Source of the DNA: Rickettsiales bacterium
Lineage (GTDB): Bacteria > Pseudomonadota > Alphaproteobacteria > UBA8366
Reading direction: 5' to 3'
Assembly: GCA_038131165.1 (NCBI GenBank)
Contig: JAYPOZ010000008.1
Coordinates: 3,891-67,890, forward strand
Length of the DNA: 64,000 nt
Below the pieces are notes generated by a model. It was not told the origin of the DNA, searched no databases, and saw nothing but the letters and a program-made list of their open reading frames with translations. The position numbers and the translations under genes were made by a program. Positions 46,369 through 55,650 of the stretch are shown here, piece after piece (position 1 is the first letter of the stretch; each line of letters starts with the position of its first letter).

Positions 46369-48384
46369 CTACGCCGCCCGAATGCCGTTCAGGAAGTCCT
46401 TCACCAGGTTGTTCAGGCTATCGGCCTGCTGGGAAAGTTCCCGGGCCGCGCCGAGCACCTCTTCCGCCGCGTTTCCGGTCTCGCCGATCGACTGCGAGAC
46501 GGATCCGATGTTCGACGTCATCTCCTGGGTGCCGCTGGAGGTTTGCTCGATATTGCGGGAAATCTCCTGAGTCGCGGCCTGTTACTGTTCCACCGCGGCC
46601 GAAATGCTCGTTCCGACCTGATTGATGTCGCGGATGGTGTTGGCGATCAGCTCGATCGCCTCGGCCGCCTGCCTGGTCGCGGCCTGGACGCTGCCGATCT
46701 GCGAGCTGATCTCCTCGGTGGCTTTCGCGGTCTGGCTGGCAAGGCTCTTGACCTCGGCGGCGACCACCGCGAAGCCCTTGCCCGCATCGCCGGCGCGTGC
46801 GGCCTCGATGGTCGCGTTGAGCGCCAGCAGGTTGGTCTGCTCGGCGATGTCGGTGATCATGTTGACCACCTCGCCAATCCGCTCCGCCGTATCCACCAAC
46901 CCCTGGACCTGTTCGGTCGTCTGGGCGGCCTGTTGTTCGGCGTTGTTCGCCATCCGGCTGGACTCGACCACTTGGCGGCCGATTTCGGTGATCGAGCTGG
47001 CGAGCTCCTCGGTGGCGGAAGCCACGTGCTGGACGTTTTCCGCCGCCTGTTCCGCCGCCGTCGCGACCACGCTGGCCCGCGAGTTGGCGTCGTTGGCGGT
47101 ACCCGTCATGGTCTCGGCGGAAGCTTCCATTTCGGTCGCGGCCGAGGAGACGGAATTGACCACGCCGCCGACGCCGGCGTCGAAATCGTCGGCCAGCTTC
47201 CGCATGTCCGCCTTCCGCTTTTCTTCGGCTTGCAGTTCCGTTTCTTTCTGCTTTTCTTCGAGCCGCCTGACCTCGATGGCGTTGTCTTTGAAGACCTGCA
47301 CGGCCGCCGCCATGTTGCCGATCTCGTCGCCGTGATCCTGGCCGGGGATTTCGGTATCGAGATTGCCGGCCGCGAGCGATTCCATGGCGTTGGTGATCGC
47401 GGCAATCGGCCGGGAGATACCGAAGCCGATCAGCAACGCGGCAGCGATGCCGAAGATAACGGCAAAGCCAGCAAAGACCGCTACGAACACCTCCGATTGT
47501 TTGACGGCTTCTTCCGCCGCCGGACCCAGCGTGTCTTGCTCTTCTTTGATGGACAGTTTTATCGACTCGATTTCCCCGGCAACCTTCGGGCCGACCTTAT
47601 CGAGGGTCTCGCGAATAATGGCGTTCCGCGCCAGGATCGTGTCGTTGACCGTCTCGAACGTCGCCTCGTATGTCTTGTGAAGTTCGTCGAATTCGACCGC
47701 GAGCTTGCGCCGGGTCGGATTCTGCGGATTATCGAGCAGCACCGCCGACAGGTCCTTCATCGCGGCCGATTCGGCGATGACCCGCTCGAAGGACGGCTTG
47801 TCGTTGGTGACCAGAAATTTCGTCGCGTAGAGCCGCATGAGCAAGAGGGTGCGCTGCGTCATGCCGGCCCGGAACGCCGCTTCCGCGTCGTTGTCGTCGT
47901 AGGCGCTTTTCATGATGGCGGTGAGGTTCCGCTCCATCTGCGGGCCGATCTTGTCGAGGGTCCCGAGGACGAGCTCGTTGCGTTTCGCCTGCAGCGCCGT
48001 CACCTCGTCGAAGGCCTTGAGATAGGCGACGATTTCCTCGTCCGCCCGATCGACGACTTCCTTGAGTTCGGGCTTCGTCATCATCCCGTTCAATTCATGA
48101 GTGAAATCGAGCGTTTTCTGGGCACGGTTCTTGACCGCTTCGATTGTTTTCTCGTTCGGGCTGATAATGAAATTTTTAACCGCCAGGCGTGCCTCTAGAA
48201 GATTCGCCTGCACCCGACCGGCCTGGTTGGTCTGGCGCGCGATCTGACGATAACGCTGAAAATTGTCGCTAGATTCGACGAGGCTGATCTCGCCGATTCC
48301 GGCGACGGCGATCAGCAGGACGATGACGATGCCGAATCCGCCGAAAACCTTTGGCGCGATTTTTATGCCCTTGAGTAGGTTCAT
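46369..48384 (-). pseudogene. Methyl-accepting chemotaxis protein interrupted by an in-frame TAA at 46582-46584
   Basis: Track ORF 46582..48384 carries an N-terminal TM segment, a helical periplasmic domain, a HAMP domain and the tip motif [35 protein letters not shown], and ends at ...ISAAVEQ. The same frame then continues for 70 homologous codons (QAATQEISRNIEQTSSGTQEM...LNGIRAA) to TAG 46369-46371. Confidence 0.8.
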
Positions 48385-48489
48385 TGCTGGTGCGCTCCTG
48401 AACGGTTCCGGGCCTTAGGGGAAGCACCCTGCCGGCCGGCACGTCAAAAGGAAAAGTTAAAGTGTAGCGGCATAAAGAAACCGACTTAC

Positions 48490-48521
48490 TGTCCGGATTT
48501 GATCCCGCATAAGTCCGGACA
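48490..48521. promoter_or_regulatory. Perfect 8-bp inverted repeat TGTCCGGA-N16-TCCGGACA in a divergent intergenic region
   Basis: Read directly from the sequence. Indexing was checked against the stop of track ORF 48486..48848. Function is unknown. Confidence 0.3.
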
Positions 48522-48825
48522 AAAAGTATGGTAGATTAAAAATCCACTAACGCATTTGGAATTTTTTTTCCATCCTATTGGTATGGATAGGTAGGGCGGA
48601 GGGGCGAAATTACGGCCGCGCTTGTTTTCTTCGATGAAGCGGGTGCCGATGAACTTATCGCAAATCGGTATCGTTCCGCTCCTGAAGAAAACGCGGTCCC
48701 AATTGCCGCATCGGTGAAGGCGTTTATGGGGGCCCCGTCGGCGGGACAACACCGTTTCGACCGGAATGCGCCGGGCCGTCGCGGCGCTTGCGCATGTACC
48801 GCCGAAACACGATATTCTGGCGGTA

Positions 48826-50163
48826 ATGGCATCTTCCGACGATAACACGATGGGCCGGCGGGCTCGGCGGTATGCCCGGGTGGGCGGCGCCGTCGGCGGT
48901 CTCGCCGCGCGGTTCGTGGGCTCGCGCTATCTGGGGCTTGGGCTCGATAAGGAAAAGCATGCGGGCGAGCTGACCGCGGCGCTCGGCGGGCTCAAGGGGC
49001 CGTTGATGAAGGTGGCCCAACTGATGGCGACGATCCCCGACGCGCTGCCCGACGAATATGTGCAGGAACTGAAGCAGTTGCAGGCGAACGCGCCGTCGAT
49101 GGGCTGGCCTTTCGTGCGCCGGCGCATGGCGTCGGAGCTGGGTCCCGACTGGCGCCGGGAATTCGCGGAGTTCGAGCGCGAAGCGGCGCACGCGGCCTCG
49201 CTTGGCCAGGTACACCGGGCGACCGGGCACGACGGCGCGCGGCTTGCCTGCAAATTGCAATATCCCGACATGTCGTCCGCCGTCGAGGCGGACCTGAACC
49301 AGCTCGATCTGGTGTTCAAGCTCTACGCGCGGGCCGACAAGGCGGTCGATACCCGCGATATTCACGCGGAAATCTCGGCCCGTCTGCGCGAGGAGCTGGA
49401 CTACGATCTCGAAGGCCGCCACATGGCGCTCTACGGCGCGATGCTTGCCGGCGAAGACGGCGTCCATGTGCCGCAACGGGTGGCGGGTCTTTCCACCGGG
49501 CGGCTCTTGACGATGAACTGGCTCGACGGCGCGCCCTTGATGAGCTTCGCGGACGCGCCGATCGAGGCCCGCAATGCAGTGGCGCGCAACATGTTCCGCG
49601 CCTGGTACGTGCCGTTCTACGAATACGCCGTCATTCACGGGGACCCGCATCTCGGCAATTACAGCGTCCGCCCGGATCATAGCGTGAACCTCATGGATTT
49701 CGGGTGCGTGCGGGTGTTCGAAGCCTCCTTCGTCGGCGGCGTCATCGACCTGTATTACGCGCTCCGAGACGGCGACCGAGACCGCGCCGCGCACGCCTAC
49801 GAGACATGGGGTTTCGCGGATATCTCGAACGAATTGATGGATGTCCTCAATATCTGGGCGGAATTCGTCTATGCGCCGCTGTTGAAGGACCAGGTGCAGA
49901 AAATCCAGGAAAGCGAAAGCGGCCTCTACGGCGCGACCGTGGCGAACAAAGTGCATGCGGAATTGCGCAAACTGGGCGGGGTGCGCCCGCCGCGCGAGTT
50001 CGTCTTCATGGACCGCGCCGCCATCGGTCTCGGATCCGTCTTCATGCATCTGAAGGCGGAGATCAACTGGCACGCCATGTTCCACGGCCTCATCGACGGC
50101 TTCGACGCGGCGGCGCTCGCGGCCCGTCAGCAGGCGGCCCTGCACCGGAACGGGTTGGCCTAG
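48826..50163 (+). CDS. ABC1/UbiB (COQ8-like) atypical kinase family protein
   Basis: The GPLMKVAQLMATIPDALPDEYVQELKQLQ and IHGDPHLGN motifs are present. The start is the internal ATG of track ORF 48766..50163. Confidence 0.85.
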   Translation: MASSDDNTMGRRARRYARVGGAVGGLAARFVGSRYLGLGLDKEKHAGELTAALGGLKGPLMKVAQLMATIPDALPDEYVQELKQLQANAPSMGWPFVRRRMASELGPDWRREFAEFEREAAHAASLGQVHRATGHDGARLACKLQYPDMSSAVEADLNQLDLVFKLYARADKAVDTRDIHAEISARLREELDYDLEGRHMALYGAMLAGEDGVHVPQRVAGLSTGRLLTMNWLDGAPLMSFADAPIEARNAVARNMFRAWYVPFYEYAVIHGDPHLGNYSVRPDHSVNLMDFGCVRVFEASFVGGVIDLYYALRDGDRDRAAHAYETWGFADISNELMDVLNIWAEFVYAPLLKDQVQKIQESESGLYGATVANKVHAELRKLGGVRPPREFVFMDRAAIGLGSVFMHLKAEINWHAMFHGLIDGFDAAALAARQQAALHRNGLA

Positions 50164-50741
50164 GTCGCGGCCAGATAGGCCATGGCACCCAGATTGTTGG
50201 CGGCATGGAGGACGATGCCGGGCCACAGACTGCGGCTTTTCTCGAAGAGATACGCGAGCCCGATGCCGATGGCGAAGATTTCCAGCGTCATCGCGGCGCC
50301 GATGACGCCGCCCGGCGCCAGAATATGGAAATGCACCAAGGAGAAGACCGCGGCGCTGGCGAGGATGGCCGGCCAGGCGGCGACCCGATGGCGCATCCAT
50401 TGGTACAGCAGACCCCGGAAGAGGGTTTCCTCCATCAGCGCGGCAATCGGTCCGACCGCGAGAAAGAGCGGGATCGCGAGCAGGAGGGACGGGCGTTCCG
50501 GCATCAGCGCCTGCCGCTCGAAGGCCATGGTGCGGTCCCACATGCCGAGCGCCTGATACAGGTAATAGTCGGCCGCCCACCACAGAATCAGTCCGACCAG
50601 CGCAATCACGTACCATTCGGGCGGTGAGGTACGGAATCCGATCGCCGGCCAACCGAAACCGCGCCGCCGCACGATCCACCAATGAATGGCCGCGAGGGCG
50701 GCGAGATAGAGGCCCGCGATCGAGACGGCGGCGTGCAGCAT
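50160..50741 (-). CDS. CPBP-family intramembrane glutamic endopeptidase (CAAX protease/Abi-like)
   Basis: Motif 1 EETLFRG, motif 2 FSLVHFH and motif 3 LHAANN are present. The N-terminus may be longer (see finding). Confidence 0.75.
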   Translation of the reverse strand: MLHAAVSIAGLYLAALAAIHWWIVRRRGFGWPAIGFRTSPPEWYVIALVGLILWWAADYYLYQALGMWDRTMAFERQALMPERPSLLLAIPLFLAVGPIAALMEETLFRGLLYQWMRHRVAAWPAILASAAVFSLVHFHILAPGGVIGAAMTLEIFAIGIGLAYLFEKSRSLWPGIVLHAANNLGAMAYLAAT

Positions 50742-50940
50742 CCGCCCCTCGCCCGTCAGCGCTCCCGCCCAAAGCCGATCGGCCCAAAGTCGATCGACGA
50801 GGAAGGTCAGGCCGACCCAGAGCAGGCCCGGCGCGATCAGGCCGCAGGCGACCGCGATGGCGATATCCCGCAGGCGGAGCGCGGGGCGAGTGTTTTCGGA
50901 GGGGTCGGTTATGGCCGAATACCGCGAAAGGGGCCGCGCC

Positions 50941-51129
50941 TCAGAAACAGATAAAGGCGAAGCTCATGGTGTCGACGAACATCACGAGATAGGAATCGGC
51001 GACATGGCGGAACAGGCCCATGCCGACGGCGCGCGCCCCGTCGAACAGAAAAGCCGCTGCGCCGAGCGCGCCGAGACTCGCGGCGACGAGCGCCTCGGGG
51101 CGGCGGAGAGCCTGTATCATGCGTGACAT
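50941..51129 (-). CDS. Possible small membrane protein (62 aa)
   Basis: Internal ATG of track ORF 50941..51231. It has one or two hydrophobic segments (LVAASLGALGAAAFLF and YLVMFVDTMSFAFICF). No homology was recognised. Confidence 0.25.
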   Translation of the reverse strand: MSRMIQALRRPEALVAASLGALGAAAFLFDGARAVGMGLFRHVADSYLVMFVDTMSFAFICF

Positions 51130-51221
51130 CCGATAAGTTTCGCACGAAAAAACGGACGCTTCAATTCTGCTGCCGTGACAGCTCCGAAAGCGGCTGATAG
51201 GGTCGCGCCGGAGGTCCTCGA

Positions 51222-52622
51222 ATGCTGGCACAACAGCTCGCGCAAGCGGAAGAACATTTTATCGCGGGTCGGTTCGATGCGGTCGCCGAAATCTGCACCG
51301 ACCTGATCTCGTCCGATCCGAACTGCCACCAGGCATTCTATCTGCTGGGCCGGACCTGCCTGACCGTCGGGCGCGGCGAGCAGGCGCTGGAGCTGGTCGG
51401 TCGCGCCGTGCAGCTGAACGAGGCGGCGGCGCCCTACCATACCGAACTCGGCAATATTCTGGCATCGAACGGACAGTACGAAGCGGCGGCCGATTGCTAC
51501 CGGCGGGCGATTGAGCTGGCACCGGATTTCGTGGATCCGCTGGTCAATCTCGGGGCCGCGCTGCAATTGCTGAACCGGCCCGAAGAAGCCGTCGAAATTT
51601 ACCGAAAGGCCATCGAGCTCGTCCCCGACGCCGCCATGCTGCACTACAATCTGGGGGCCGGGCATCGGGCTTCGGGAGACGTCGAAGGCGCCATCGACAG
51701 CTACCGCCGGGCCGCGGAACTGGAGCCCGGTTGGGCGGAGCTGCATCAGAAGCTGGGCAGCGCGCTGAACGATCACGGCGATTTCGCCGACGCCATCGAG
51801 TCCTATCGCCGGGCCCTGAGCCTGGCGCCGGAAGACCCGGAGAACCATATCGGCCTGGCCCAATCGCTGCTGGCCTCGGGCAAGGCAAAGGCCGCCTTGT
51901 CGACCTGCGACGCTTACATGGCCTCGCATCCCTATAACAGCGGGCTGGTCGCGTGCCGGGCGTTGGTGCTCAACGAGCTGGGGTCGCGGGATGCCGCGGC
52001 CCGGCTGCTCGATCTCGGCACTTTCGTTCGGACATTCGATATCGCGCCGCCGGCCGCCTTCGGCAGTCTGGAGGCTTTCAACGCGGCGCTCGCCGAGGAA
52101 GCCGAACAGCATCCGACCCTGGAATTCAATCCGCCCAAGCTGGCGACGCGCGAAGGCTATCAGTCGCGCGAGATGTTCGACCGGCCCGGCCCGGCCGTGG
52201 CCCTTCTGATGGAGCGTGTCGACGAGTCGGTGCGGCGCTACATCGCCGGTCTGCCGGACGACCCTTCCCATCCCCTGGTCGCCAGCGCGCCCCGGCGCTG
52301 GTCGTTGACCGGATGGTCGGTGATCCTGCAAGCGCAGGGACATCAAATGCCCCATATCCACCCATCGGGATGGTTGAGCGGTGTCTATTATGTCGACATT
52401 CCAAGCGTGGTCGCGGAGAGCGGCGACGCCCATGAAGGATGGATCGAGTTCGGCCGCCCGCCCGGCGACTGGGCCTGCGCGGCGGATCCCATTGTCGAAC
52501 TCGTGCAACCCGAGGCCGGGCGCATGGTGTTGTTCCCCTCCTATGTCTACCATCGGACGATTCCGTTCGAGAGCGACGAGCGGCGCATATGCTATGCCTT
52601 CGATATCATGGCCCGAGCGTGA
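51222..52622 (+). CDS. TPR-repeat protein with C-terminal 2OG-Fe(II) oxygenase-like domain (2OG-FeII_Oxy_5 type)
   Basis: There are about 7 TPR-like repeats. The C-terminal part carries MPHIHPSGWLSGVYYV and GRMVLFPSYVYHRTIPF. Confidence 0.75.
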   Translation: MLAQQLAQAEEHFIAGRFDAVAEICTDLISSDPNCHQAFYLLGRTCLTVGRGEQALELVGRAVQLNEAAAPYHTELGNILASNGQYEAAADCYRRAIELAPDFVDPLVNLGAALQLLNRPEEAVEIYRKAIELVPDAAMLHYNLGAGHRASGDVEGAIDSYRRAAELEPGWAELHQKLGSALNDHGDFADAIESYRRALSLAPEDPENHIGLAQSLLASGKAKAALSTCDAYMASHPYNSGLVACRALVLNELGSRDAAARLLDLGTFVRTFDIAPPAAFGSLEAFNAALAEEAEQHPTLEFNPPKLATREGYQSREMFDRPGPAVALLMERVDESVRRYIAGLPDDPSHPLVASAPRRWSLTGWSVILQAQGHQMPHIHPSGWLSGVYYVDIPSVVAESGDAHEGWIEFGRPPGDWACAADPIVELVQPEAGRMVLFPSYVYHRTIPFESDERRICYAFDIMARA

Positions 52623-52638
52623 GAGGGAGAGACCGGAA

Positions 52639-52932
52639 ATGAGCGACGACCGACCCGCCGCCGTGCCGACCGTGCAGATGGAGACCGACCGGGTAAAGGT
52701 GACCGAATGGCGCTTCGTGCCGGGGGCGGCGACCGGCTGGCACCGCCACGAATACGACTACGTCGTGGTGCCGATGACCACGGGCAAGCTTCTCCTGAAG
52801 GAGCCAGACGGCGAACGTCACGCGGAATTGACCGCGGGCGTGTCCTACGGCCGCGAGGCCGGCGTCGAGCACGACGTGATCAATGCCAACGATTACGAGT
52901 TCGTGTTCGTCGAAGTGGAGATGAAGCCCTAG
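52639..52932 (+). CDS. Small cupin-domain protein
   Basis: 97 aa. GWHRHEYDYVVVP and the later HDVIN form a cupin-like metal motif. The start is the internal ATG of track ORF 52381..52932. Confidence 0.7.
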   Translation: MSDDRPAAVPTVQMETDRVKVTEWRFVPGAATGWHRHEYDYVVVPMTTGKLLLKEPDGERHAELTAGVSYGREAGVEHDVINANDYEFVFVEVEMKP

Positions 52933-52948
52933 CCGAAACGCGGCGGCT

Positions 52949-53803
52949 TCAGACCGGCCTTTCGCCCTTCAGCGTGACCCGCCGCATCTGGCGGCGCGCG
53001 CCGTCATAATCGTTCAGCGCCAGATGCTGGGTGCAGCGGTTGTCCCAAAAGGCGACCGAGCCCGGTCGCCACCGGAACCGGCAGGTGTATTCCGGGCGAT
53101 GGCAGTGGTCGTTGAGGAAATCGAGCAACGGCTGCGATTCTTCTTCCGTCAAATCCGCAAAGCGGATCGTGTAGACCGGATTGACGAACAGTCCCTTGCG
53201 GCCGGTCTCCGGGTGCGTGCGGACGACCGGATGGGCGGTTTCCGCGTCGCCTTCCTCATTCGCCTCGATCCGCATGCTTTTCACGTCGAGGGTCGCGAAG
53301 CGTCCCTGACTGCCATAGGAACGCTTGGCGCTGTGCATGGCCGTCATGCCGTCGAGCAGGCGGCGCATCCCGGCGGACAGGCCTTCGTAGGCGGCTTCCA
53401 TGTTGCAGAAGATCGTATCGCCGCCGGTCCTGGGGATATCGACGCCGTAGAGGATCGAGCCCATCGGCGGGGCCTCCTCGAAACTCATATCCGTGTGCCA
53501 GCGGCCGCCAAAATTGGCGACCTTCGTCTCCGTCGCTTCCTTGACGATCTCGATGACGTCGGGCTCCTCCGCCATGCCGGCGACAAAGGGGATCTGATAG
53601 GGCGCGCCGAACCGTTTGCCGAAGGCCACCTGATCCGCCGGCGTCAGCTGCTGGTCGCGGAAAAATATGACCCGATACGCCAACAGGGCGCTGCGAATTT
53701 CGGCAATCTGTTCCGGGCTCGCGTCGCCGCCCATATCGACGCCGTGAAGCTCCGCGCCGATGGCGCCGGCCAAGGGTTCCACATCGATCGTCCGGTTCTT
53801 CAT
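52949..53803 (-). CDS. TauD/TfdA family 2OG/Fe(II) dioxygenase (second copy)
   Basis: WHTDMS, GGDTIFCN and WDNRCTQH are present. The start is the internal ATG of track ORF 52949..53920. Confidence 0.9.
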   Translation of the reverse strand: MKNRTIDVEPLAGAIGAELHGVDMGGDASPEQIAEIRSALLAYRVIFFRDQQLTPADQVAFGKRFGAPYQIPFVAGMAEEPDVIEIVKEATETKVANFGGRWHTDMSFEEAPPMGSILYGVDIPRTGGDTIFCNMEAAYEGLSAGMRRLLDGMTAMHSAKRSYGSQGRFATLDVKSMRIEANEEGDAETAHPVVRTHPETGRKGLFVNPVYTIRFADLTEEESQPLLDFLNDHCHRPEYTCRFRWRPGSVAFWDNRCTQHLALNDYDGARRQMRRVTLKGERPV

Positions 53804-53987
53804 GGTCCGTAAATTCCGATCTGCAAAGGCTGTTTCATCCACAATAGAAGTCTTCAGGCTTTGGGCAAACGGGGCGCGGCCATTGAGCGCACGTAAAATT
53901 GTGCGGGCGAAGCTTGGCAAGGCTCGAACTTGCTGGCATTTTGCCGGACAACTTCAAAGCGCCAGCCCACGAAGGGGGTCAGAGTAG

Positions 53988-55214
53988 ATGAAAATCGCCA
54001 TCCTAAAGGAACGGCGGCCTCATGAAGCGCGCGTCGCGGCCTCCGCCGAGACCATCAAGAAATTCGTCGATATGGGAATGGACGTCACCGTCGAAAAGGG
54101 CGCGGGGCAGGGTGCCAGCATTCCGGATGCGGATTTCAAGGCGGCGGGTGCCACGATCGCGGCAACCGCCGACGCGGCGCTGAAGGGCGCGGATCTGGTG
54201 CTGAAAATTCAGCGACCGATGATGGCCGGCGAGAAGCAGGACGAGCTGGCGGCGTTCTCGCCGGGCCAGGCGCTGGTCTGCCAGATGAACGCGCTGACGG
54301 ATTCCGCCTTCGTCGCCGCGATGGCGGAGGCCGGGGTTACGGGGTTTGCGATGGAACTGATGCCGCGGATCAGCCGCGCGCAGTCGATGGATGTGTTGTC
54401 CTCGCAATCCAATCTTGCGGGATATAAGGCGGTCTTGGACGCCGCGTCGGAGTTTGGCCGCGCGTTTCCCATGATGATGACCGCCGCCGGGACCGTGCCG
54501 CCGGCCCGTGTCTTGGTGATGGGCGCCGGGGTGGCCGGCCTGCAGGCAATCGCAACCGCGCGGCGGCTCGGCGCCGTCGTCTCCGCGACCGATGTCCGCC
54601 CGGCCACCAAGGAACAGGTCGAATCGCTGGGCGCGACCTTCGTCGCCGTTCAAGACGCGGAATTCGCGCAAGCGCAGACGGACGCGGGCTACGCCAAGGA
54701 GATGAGCGACGCCTATAAGGAGAAACAGGCGGCGTTGATCGCCGAGACCATCGCGAAGCAGGACATCGTGATCTGCACCGCGCTTATTCCTGGGCGCCCG
54801 GCGCCGGAATTGATCAGCGCCGAGATGGTCGCATCGATGAAGCCGGGCTCCGTGATCGTCGATCTGGCGGTGGAATCGGGCGGCAACTGCGCGCTCTCGC
54901 AATTGGATAAGGTGGTCGTGAAAGACGGGGTGAAGATCGTCGGTCATGCCAACACCCCGAGCCGGGTCGCGACCGATGCCAGCCGGCTGTTCGCCAAAAA
55001 CCTGCTGAATTTCCTGAGCCCCTTGATCGACAAGGAAACCGGCGATTTCACGATCGATATGGAGGACGAGACCGTCTCCGGGACCCTGGTGACCCGCGAG
55101 GGCGAGATCGTCCATCCGCTGCTGACGAAAGAGACGCCATCCGAACCGGTGGAAGTCGCGCCGGAAGACGCGGCCGAGGAGTCGCACGGCGACGTGGCGG
55201 CGACCGCCGACTAA
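53988..55214 (+). CDS. pntAA: NAD(P) transhydrogenase subunit alpha part 1
   Basis: It begins MKIAILKERRPHEARVA, has the Rossmann motif VMGAGVAGLQA, and lies in a three-gene split pnt operon. Confidence 0.95.
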   Translation: MKIAILKERRPHEARVAASAETIKKFVDMGMDVTVEKGAGQGASIPDADFKAAGATIAATADAALKGADLVLKIQRPMMAGEKQDELAAFSPGQALVCQMNALTDSAFVAAMAEAGVTGFAMELMPRISRAQSMDVLSSQSNLAGYKAVLDAASEFGRAFPMMMTAAGTVPPARVLVMGAGVAGLQAIATARRLGAVVSATDVRPATKEQVESLGATFVAVQDAEFAQAQTDAGYAKEMSDAYKEKQAALIAETIAKQDIVICTALIPGRPAPELISAEMVASMKPGSVIVDLAVESGGNCALSQLDKVVVKDGVKIVGHANTPSRVATDASRLFAKNLLNFLSPLIDKETGDFTIDMEDETVSGTLVTREGEIVHPLLTKETPSEPVEVAPEDAAEESHGDVAATAD

Positions 55215-55232
55215 CCCGAGGGATATGGACTG

Positions 55233-55640
55233 ATGGAATCGGAAAAGCTTGTCGAAAGCGCCGAGGCGCTGGCCAATTCGGCGCGCGCGCTGGCGCAACA
55301 GGCCGAAGGCGTCCTGAGCCAGGCGACGCAGATCGTCGTCAATCAAGGGAGCGCAGGCGGAGACAATTTCGTCCTGCTGTTCGCGGTCTTCGTCCTGGCG
55401 GTGTTCGTCGGATACTATGTTGTCTGGAACGTGACGCCGGCGCTGCATTCGCCGTTGATGAGCGTTACCAACGCGATTTCGTCGGTCATCATCGTCGGCG
55501 CCCTGATCGCCGTCGGGCCTGCGGGTCTCAACCTGTCGACGGTCCTGGGTTTCATCGCCGTCGTCCTGGCCTCCATCAATATATTCGGCGGGTTCATCGT
55601 GACCCAACGCATGCTGCGCATGTACCGGAAGAAGAAATAG
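55233..55640 (+). CDS. pntAB: NAD(P) transhydrogenase subunit alpha part 2 (membrane)
   Basis: 135 aa and hydrophobic, with [13 protein letters not shown]. Confidence 0.95.
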   Translation: MESEKLVESAEALANSARALAQQAEGVLSQATQIVVNQGSAGGDNFVLLFAVFVLAVFVGYYVVWNVTPALHSPLMSVTNAISSVIIVGALIAVGPAGLNLSTVLGFIAVVLASINIFGGFIVTQRMLRMYRKKK

Positions 55641-55650
55641 GGGGCCTGAT

